Virus record (IMG/VR): IMGVR_UViG_2900577576_000002
Span: 887 to 64,886 of that record
Strand: one strand, 5' to 3'
Length of the DNA stretch: 64,000 nt
DNA from: a virus
Taxonomy: Duplodnaviria > Caudoviricetes
In this document: positions 56,157-64,000 of the stretch, in pieces
Numbering within the stretch: the first letter of the stretch is position 1
How the letters are laid out: every line of letters starts with the position of its first letter
Notes under the pieces: generated by a model
The model's input: the letters and a program-made list of their open reading frames with translations, nothing else
Database searches by the model: none
Told to the model about the DNA's origin: nothing
Made by a program: the position numbers and the translations under genes

Positions 56157-57049
56157 ACGAAGTCATTGAAATGCCGCCGCGCGAGAGCGCCGGGATTGTG
56201 GCGAGGGAAACAAACCAATATTCCGCCGTCGAGATCCGCCAGCGCGTGAACCTCGTTCAAGAGGTGATGCGCTCCATCATGAAGAGCGAAACGCACTACG
56301 GCGTGATCCCGGGCACGAAAAAGCCATCGCTCTACAAGCCGGGCGCCGAGGTTTTGTGCGTCACGTTCCGCATCGCCGACAAGTACGAGGTGGAAGACTT
56401 GACGGTCGACGGCATGGCCCGCTACCGCGTGCGCTGCATCGGCGTCCACCAGGTGACGGGGGTTGTGCTGGGCGAAGGCATGGGCGAATGCTCTTCGCAC
56501 GAAGAGAAGTACAAATGGCGCCGCGCCATCTGCGCCGAAGAATACGAGCTGACGCCAGAAACCATGCGCCGCATGAAGTTCCAGAAATGGAACAACAAGA
56601 TCGAGAAGCAGCAGCAGATTCGCACTGAGTCTGCCGATCAGGCAAACACCATCCTGAAGATGGCCTGCAAGCGCGCCAAGATCGCCATGACGCTCAACGT
56701 GACCGGCGCGTCCGACATCTTCACGCAGGACATTGAAGACCTGCCGGAAGAGTACCGACATGACGATGAGCCGGGCGCCCCTGTCCTGAGCGCACTCGGC
56801 GTGAAGCTCGTCGGCGAAGCCAATGCAGTGACGACGCGCGAGCAATTCGACGCGCTGTGGAAGCGCGGCGTGAAGGAGATCAACGCGGCAAAGGATGTCG
56901 GGGCGTCCGACGCTTTCAAGGCGGCGATGGCCGAGAAAAGCAAGGCGCTTCCAGCAAAAGATAACGAGCCACCAAAACGTGAGTCTGGCTCCGATGACGG
57001 CGAACTGCAAGCCGATTTTCAACGCCAGATTGCCGCCGAAGGGAGGTAA
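56153..57049 (+). CDS. Putative single-strand annealing / recombination protein
   Basis: HYGVIPGTKKPSLYKPGAE motif; directly upstream of a YqaJ exonuclease. Confidence 0.5.
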   Translation: MNEVIEMPPRESAGIVARETNQYSAVEIRQRVNLVQEVMRSIMKSETHYGVIPGTKKPSLYKPGAEVLCVTFRIADKYEVEDLTVDGMARYRVRCIGVHQVTGVVLGEGMGECSSHEEKYKWRRAICAEEYELTPETMRRMKFQKWNNKIEKQQQIRTESADQANTILKMACKRAKIAMTLNVTGASDIFTQDIEDLPEEYRHDDEPGAPVLSALGVKLVGEANAVTTREQFDALWKRGVKEINAAKDVGASDAFKAAMAEKSKALPAKDNEPPKRESGSDDGELQADFQRQIAAEGR

Positions 57050-57051
57050 AA

Positions 57052-57819
57052 GTGATCGTCATCGAATGCGCTCAAGGAAGCCCAGAATGGCACCGCGCCC
57101 GTGCAGGCGTGATTACCGCCAGCATGTTCAGCACGGCCCGCAAGAAGGTGAACTGCCTGGATGATAGGCAACAGCAGTTCGTCAATCTCCGCCTTGCCGG
57201 CACGCCCGAGAAGGCCGCTGCGGAGGCCGCCGGGTACAAGACAATGCCGCGGTCGGACATCATCACGCGCGCCCTCAACGGCGAGAAGGTTGGCGACTAT
57301 TCCGACGCCGCCAAGGATTACGCTTTCCGCCTCGCGATTGAGCGGATCAGCGGAGAACCTCTGGACGAGGGTTTTGAGACGTGGCAAATGAAACGCGGCC
57401 ACGAACTGGAGCCCGAGGCGCGCATGGAGCATGAGGCCCGTACCGGCCTGTTCGTGCAGCGCTGCGGCTTCATGAAAACGGATGACGGCCTGTTTGGAGT
57501 CAGCGTGGATGGCTTGATTGGGGACGATGGTGGCAGCGAATACAAGTGCTTCCTAGCCCCCGACAAGCTGCGCTCAATCTACATCGATGGCGACATCTCC
57601 GAAGTGCACGACCAATCCATGGGCGGCATGTGGATTTCCGGCCGGGGATGGTGGCACAACTGCCTTTACTGCCCGGCGCTCGAGTCGGTCGGAAAGCAGT
57701 TTTGGTATCAGGAGTTCAAGCGCGACGACAACTACATCGAAAAGATGGAGGCAGAACTTTGGGAGTTCGCCTGTCTCGTCGCCCAGTACGAAAAGATGCT
57801 GCGCCAGCAAGCCGCCTAA
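57052..57819 (+). CDS. YqaJ / lambda-exonuclease family protein
   Basis: QGSPEWHRARAGVITAS; MKRGHELEPEAR; SVDGLI..EYKC. Confidence 0.9.
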   Translation: MIVIECAQGSPEWHRARAGVITASMFSTARKKVNCLDDRQQQFVNLRLAGTPEKAAAEAAGYKTMPRSDIITRALNGEKVGDYSDAAKDYAFRLAIERISGEPLDEGFETWQMKRGHELEPEARMEHEARTGLFVQRCGFMKTDDGLFGVSVDGLIGDDGGSEYKCFLAPDKLRSIYIDGDISEVHDQSMGGMWISGRGWWHNCLYCPALESVGKQFWYQEFKRDDNYIEKMEAELWEFACLVAQYEKMLRQQAA

Positions 57820-57831
57820 CCGGGATCAGCC

Positions 57832-57993
57832 ATGGACTTCAGAAGACGCCTGCAGTACCAGAACCCGGTCCACCACAAATCCCGCTGGTTTGATGGATGG
57901 CTGATCGGCGATGACGCCAAGAACATCGGCGCCGGCGCTGCCTATGGCGTGGTGATCGCCCTTCTGACTGCCGCTTTCATTTACCCGCACTGA
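57832..57993 (+). CDS. Small single-TM protein (53 aa)
   Basis: C-terminal TM; stop overlaps palindrome 57992-58005. Confidence 0.5.
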   Translation: MDFRRRLQYQNPVHHKSRWFDGWLIGDDAKNIGAGAAYGVVIALLTAAFIYPH

Positions 57994-58191
57994 TAACAGG
58001 TTATCCGCAATGCAACCACAAAACAAAGACCGCACCGAAGCGCCGCAGATCAGCCCGGGCCTCGCCAGCGCATTTCTGGCTGCATATGAGGGACGACGAG
58101 TCCCGCAGATTCTTCCTCAACAAACGCTGACCTGCGTTTCCCGCGGCGCCAAAACCAAGTCCGGAGAAGCGCCGCCCTGCGGCCACTAGCC

Positions 58192-58704
58192 ATGGAAAGC
58201 CTTGAGAGCGGCCACTGGTTGGCGGACGAAAACGGCGACGTGGTTCACGCGCAGCTCTACCCGGACGTGAAACTGGGATTGACGGGCTTTGCGACGGACG
58301 AGGAAAAGCATGCCGCCGCGCGCTGGATTGCTCAGTGCCTGAACCAGTCCATCGAGACGCCGGACGACGATTCGACGCCCGAGCGGCTTTACCTGGGCCG
58401 CAAAGGGATCAGGGTCAAGGGCGCGCCGGGAGACGTCGAATTTGTGCGCGCGGACATCGCCGTCACGCTGGCCCCGATGGCCGACCAGCTCGCCGATTCG
58501 ATCAGCGAAATCACGGCGAAGCGCGCCGCTGAACGCGAGCGGATTCTGGCGGCTCTTCAGGTGGAGGCGCAGAGCGCGGTGCCATCTGCCGAGTTCTTCG
58601 ATGGGCTGCCGCCGGCGGCTTGCTACGAGCGCGGGCTGCATGTGGGAAGCGACGCCACCCGGGCGGCCATCAAGGCGGCCGTCGCCGAGGCGATGGAGGA
58701 ATAG
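58192..58704 (+). CDS. Hypothetical protein
   Basis: In-operon ORF. Confidence 0.65.
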   Translation: MESLESGHWLADENGDVVHAQLYPDVKLGLTGFATDEEKHAAARWIAQCLNQSIETPDDDSTPERLYLGRKGIRVKGAPGDVEFVRADIAVTLAPMADQLADSISEITAKRAAERERILAALQVEAQSAVPSAEFFDGLPPAACYERGLHVGSDATRAAIKAAVAEAMEE

Positions 58705-58706
58705 CC

Positions 58707-58907
58707 ATGGCATCCAAGCGAAGAATCCGCCGCCGATCGTGCGAGGGAAAGATCCGCTACGAGACGGCCGAAGCGGCAGGCCAAGGACGGCGGAATCTGA
58801 ACCGCGCGAAGGGTTATCAGGGATTCATGAACGTGTACCGCTGTTCGTTCTGTGGTGGCTACCACATCGGGCACGCGGTGGATAAGCGCGGCACGTGGGG
58901 CCGCTGA
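58707..58907 (+). CDS. Small Zn-finger-like protein
   Basis: CEGKIRY..YRCSFCGGYHIGH. Confidence 0.65.
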   Translation: MASKRRIRRRSCEGKIRYETAEAAGQGRRNLNRAKGYQGFMNVYRCSFCGGYHIGHAVDKRGTWGR

Positions 58908-58918
58908 TCGGGGGAATC

Positions 58919-59500
58919 ATGAGCGAGATGAGATCAAGCCGGCTCAAGTGGAGCGCAGCCGAAGACAAGACGCTCCGGGAACAGTGGACGAATGGCCGAC
59001 CGATCCGCATGTGGCTGGATCTACTGCCGGGCCGAAGCGAGCGCGGCATTGTGCAGCGCGCCGGCAAGCTCAAACTGGCGCCACGCGGAAGCGGGTGCAC
59101 TTCCGGTAATTCGCCGTCGTGGCGGTTGATCCGGCAAGTACTGGAAGCAGGCGAGCCGCTTACGCCGATCGAGATTTCCAAGCGCACGGGCGTCACGCGC
59201 CAGCACGTCTACGAAGAACTGCGGCAACATCACCCGGCCGACATTCATATCGCGGGCTACGCCGAGCGCGGCCCGACTGGCTACCGGGCCAAACTGTGGA
59301 CGCTGGGCGCCGGGAAGGATGCGCCGCGCCCGCAGCCGCTGACGAAGAAGGAGATCAACAAACGCCGCTATCAACGATTCAAGCAGAATCCTGAAGCCCT
59401 AGCACGGCGTGACGCCAAGAAGCGCCTGCGAGACTGCGAGAAGGGAGGCAAGTTGATCCGGCGCGACGAGGCCGCGGCTTGGATTGGGGGTGCGGCATGA
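58919..59500 (+). CDS. Myb/HTH-containing DNA-binding protein
   Basis: WSAAEDKTLR; EISKRTGVTRQHV. Confidence 0.65.
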   Translation: MSEMRSSRLKWSAAEDKTLREQWTNGRPIRMWLDLLPGRSERGIVQRAGKLKLAPRGSGCTSGNSPSWRLIRQVLEAGEPLTPIEISKRTGVTRQHVYEELRQHHPADIHIAGYAERGPTGYRAKLWTLGAGKDAPRPQPLTKKEINKRRYQRFKQNPEALARRDAKKRLRDCEKGGKLIRRDEAAAWIGGAA

Positions 59501-59712
59501 GAACTGCCGATACCGTCGGCGTGCTGGGCGCGGCCGAGATCATGCGCGTCCACCCCAAGACCGTCGAAGACATGATCCGCGCAGGCACAATTCCCGCTGC
59601 CAAGGTGGGCCGTTCCTGGGTCATGTTGACGCGGGATGTGATGGCCTACGTTGAGAGGCAAATCATGGAGCAGACAAGCAAGAGGCTGGTCGCGCGGCGC
59701 ATGAGCGCCTGA
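59497..59712 (+). CDS. xis: Excisionase (HTH_17)
   Basis: AAEIMRVHPKTV..IPAAKVGRSW; converges on the integrase. Confidence 0.8.
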   Translation: MRTADTVGVLGAAEIMRVHPKTVEDMIRAGTIPAAKVGRSWVMLTRDVMAYVERQIMEQTSKRLVARRMSA

Positions 59713-59715
59713 CAT

Positions 59716-60843
59716 TTACCAGAGAGCTACCGCAAGGTCCGACCCTCTAAGGTTCGCGTACCGCATCATCATGCGGTGGCTCTTGTGACCGCTGATTTTC
59801 ATGATCTGGCTTTCAGACAGCGTGGTCCGCTCGAACAAACGGCTTACCGCTTCGTGGCGCAGGTCGTGGAATTTCAAGCCCTCGCACTTCGCCTGTGTGA
59901 AAATGTCGATGAATCGCTTCGAGAGGTAGCCCGATACGTCCGCCCGTGCCTTAGTAGATCGATCCCCATTCCACCACGGGAACACCAGATCCTGCGGGTG
60001 CGCGGCGGGTATTTCCCTCTCATCCAAATGCTCACGCATCAGGGCCAGCGCTACGCTTGAAAGCGGAACCTGGCGCTTGTCGCCGTTCTTGGTTTTTTCT
60101 AAGAACACGGTTTTCTTCGGCAAATCCACTTGACCGACAGATAGTGTGTACATCTCCGATAGGCGCATCGCCGACTCCACCGCGAGGATGAACAGTGTTC
60201 GGTGGGCCCTTGGGTATTCGATCGTCAACGGCCGTTGCTTGCGCGCCAAAACACCGCCGTCGATCACGGCTAGAATGCGCTCGTATTCCCCTGGCTCCAA
60301 GCGTCGGTCCCGCTCAATATCCTGGCGCTTGACGCCAGCGGCTGATACATCCGCCTTGCTGTACTGGGCATAACCGTCTGGCAGTGTGCGGAACGGATGG
60401 TCTGGCAGCGTAACGTGCCCTTTCCGCATTCCCCAGTCGGCGGCCCGAGCTAAGGCGCCGATGCGTGCACGGATCGAGGCAGGCGCCAATTTCTCCACGC
60501 GTTTCATCTCATCGATGATCTGGTCCACCCACTTCGCGCTGATCACAGGAAGAAGCGTGTCGCCCCACTTCTTGAGGCAGGCGTTCAATGCCCCCTGATC
60601 TTTGGGGCTTGGATGCGCGTCTAGTTCGTACGCGCGCACCAATTGGTCAAGCCGCACAATGTTTGACTGCGGCTGGTGCTGCGCCGGAACAATGCCGCGC
60701 GACAGCAGCTCTTCTAACTGCGCCGCATACGCATCGCCTTCTGCCTCGTCTTTGAAGGTCAAGTAGAGGGGCTTATCAAGCACCCCCGCCTTCTTGAAGA
60801 TGTACTGCACCGTCCCGTTTGGGAACCGCTTCTTGCCTGCCAC
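59716..60843 (-). CDS. int: Tyrosine integrase
   Basis: SAMRLSE, KTKNG, FHDLRHEA, SGHKS..MRY catalytic residues. Confidence 0.95.
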   Translation of the reverse strand: MAGKKRFPNGTVQYIFKKAGVLDKPLYLTFKDEAEGDAYAAQLEELLSRGIVPAQHQPQSNIVRLDQLVRAYELDAHPSPKDQGALNACLKKWGDTLLPVISAKWVDQIIDEMKRVEKLAPASIRARIGALARAADWGMRKGHVTLPDHPFRTLPDGYAQYSKADVSAAGVKRQDIERDRRLEPGEYERILAVIDGGVLARKQRPLTIEYPRAHRTLFILAVESAMRLSEMYTLSVGQVDLPKKTVFLEKTKNGDKRQVPLSSVALALMREHLDEREIPAAHPQDLVFPWWNGDRSTKARADVSGYLSKRFIDIFTQAKCEGLKFHDLRHEAVSRLFERTTLSESQIMKISGHKSHRMMMRYANLRGSDLAVALW

Positions 60844-60960
60844 CCGCCACTCTCCCCTTGGGCGAATCTACGCCCTGCACAGAAATAGTATAGCTGGTAA
60901 GCGTCTACTTTTGGCGGGTATGGGCTCCTTTTGGCTCCTTTGAAAGTAGGTGCGACAGGC

Positions 60961-60993
60961 AAGAAAAAAGGGCCTAGATTGCTCTAAGCCCTT
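60961..60993 (-). terminator. Terminator after tRNA-Val
   Basis: AAGGGC..GCCCTT stem plus U tract on the minus strand. Confidence 0.6.
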
Positions 60994-61012
60994 GATTCTA
61001 TTGAACGAACGA

Positions 61013-61088
61013 TGGTGGGTGCTGAGAGGCTCGAACTCCCGACCCGCGCCTTGTAAGGGCGCTGCTCTACCAACTGAGCTAAGCACCC
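61013..61088 (-). tRNA. tRNA-Val(TAC), integration site
   Basis: Canonical cloverleaf with CCA. Confidence 0.97.
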
Positions 61089-61155
61089 GTTCGTACTGCC
61101 GGCGTGAGCCGGGCTGTCCGGCGCCCGTGTTGTCACCCACGAGCACCAAAGCCCG

Positions 61156-61428
61156 CTAGTTTAGCGCATCTTTTAGCGCTTTACCAGGTTTGAATTTAGC
61201 AACTTTACCGCCTTCGATTGTGATGGCCGCACCCGTGCGGGGATTGCGCCCATTACGCGAAGATCGCTTGCCGACCAGAAACGTTCCGAAACCGACGAGC
61301 GTGACCGACCCACCTTCGCGCAACGCATCCTTGATGCCGTCGATGAGCGCATCGATGGCGCGCCCTGCCGCGGCTTTCGACATGTCCGTCTGCGTCGCCA
61401 CATGGTCGATGAGATCTGTTTTGTTCAT
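61156..61428 (-). CDS. hupB: DNA-binding protein HU-beta
   Basis: MNKTDLID..VTLVGFGTF..RNPRTG. Confidence 0.97.
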   Translation of the reverse strand: MNKTDLIDHVATQTDMSKAAAGRAIDALIDGIKDALREGGSVTLVGFGTFLVGKRSSRNGRNPRTGAAITIEGGKVAKFKPGKALKDALN

Positions 61429-61534
61429 CGTGCCACCTCCCCGAACACCCGCTAGTGTGGATTCATTAAAGTGGCCGTCAATCGACGTGTCAAGGCGAAG
61501 AACTGCATGCCACAGGTCGCAGCCTGCGCAAAGA

Positions 61535-61565
61535 AAAAGGGCCCGAACATGTCGGGCCCTTCTTC
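61535..61565 (-). terminator. lon terminator
   Basis: AAGGGCCCGA..TCGGGCCCTT. Confidence 0.75.
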
Positions 61566-61585
61566 AGCCTTGGGAGGCGACGGTG

Positions 61586-64000
<2,415 letters not shown>

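Larger units (their letters stand above)
1..61012. mobile_element. Temperate prophage (contractile tail), right end at tRNA-Val; left end outside the window
   Basis: Continuous phage gene content (terminase, portal, capsid, sheath, baseplate, lysis, repressor, replication, integrase) ending at a tRNA beside the core genes hupB and lon. Confidence 0.95.

Overview
A 64 kb window from a Burkholderiaceae chromosome (lon/hupB sequence suggests Ralstonia). Bases 1-61012 are a temperate contractile-tailed prophage integrated at tRNA-Val(TAC) next to hupB and lon; the left att site lies outside the window. Layout: (i) a plus-strand early-type arm, 1-7502 (HNH, Sak4-like ATPase, SSB, NinB, NinX); (ii) a minus-strand late region, 7499-38115 (lysis, surface-modification morons, baseplate/tail, head, terminase, two tRNAs); (iii) a control/replication block, 39.0-47.0 kb (repressor, cro, replication, nin-like genes, Q-like gene); (iv) a second early arm, 47.0-59.7 kb, then xis and int. 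Main observations: (1) a complete diversity-generating retroelement (avd-TR-RT) with two tandem non-tail DUF1566-like targets whose 12 and 16 differences from the template all fall on template adenines; (2) a ~920 nt ORF-poor, helix-rich region behind an operator-overlapped promoter, a candidate giant ncRNA, and a second ~430 nt pseudoknotted candidate 5' of the tRNAs; (3) a 14 bp palindrome (GATAACATGTTATC consensus) at 13 sites, many overlapping predicted promoters; (4) the control block appears inverted relative to lambdoid order, with both ends on copies of this palindrome; (5) two long mosaic ORFs that share only short ordered linkers. All calls come from reading the sequence by eye; no searches or folding were run.
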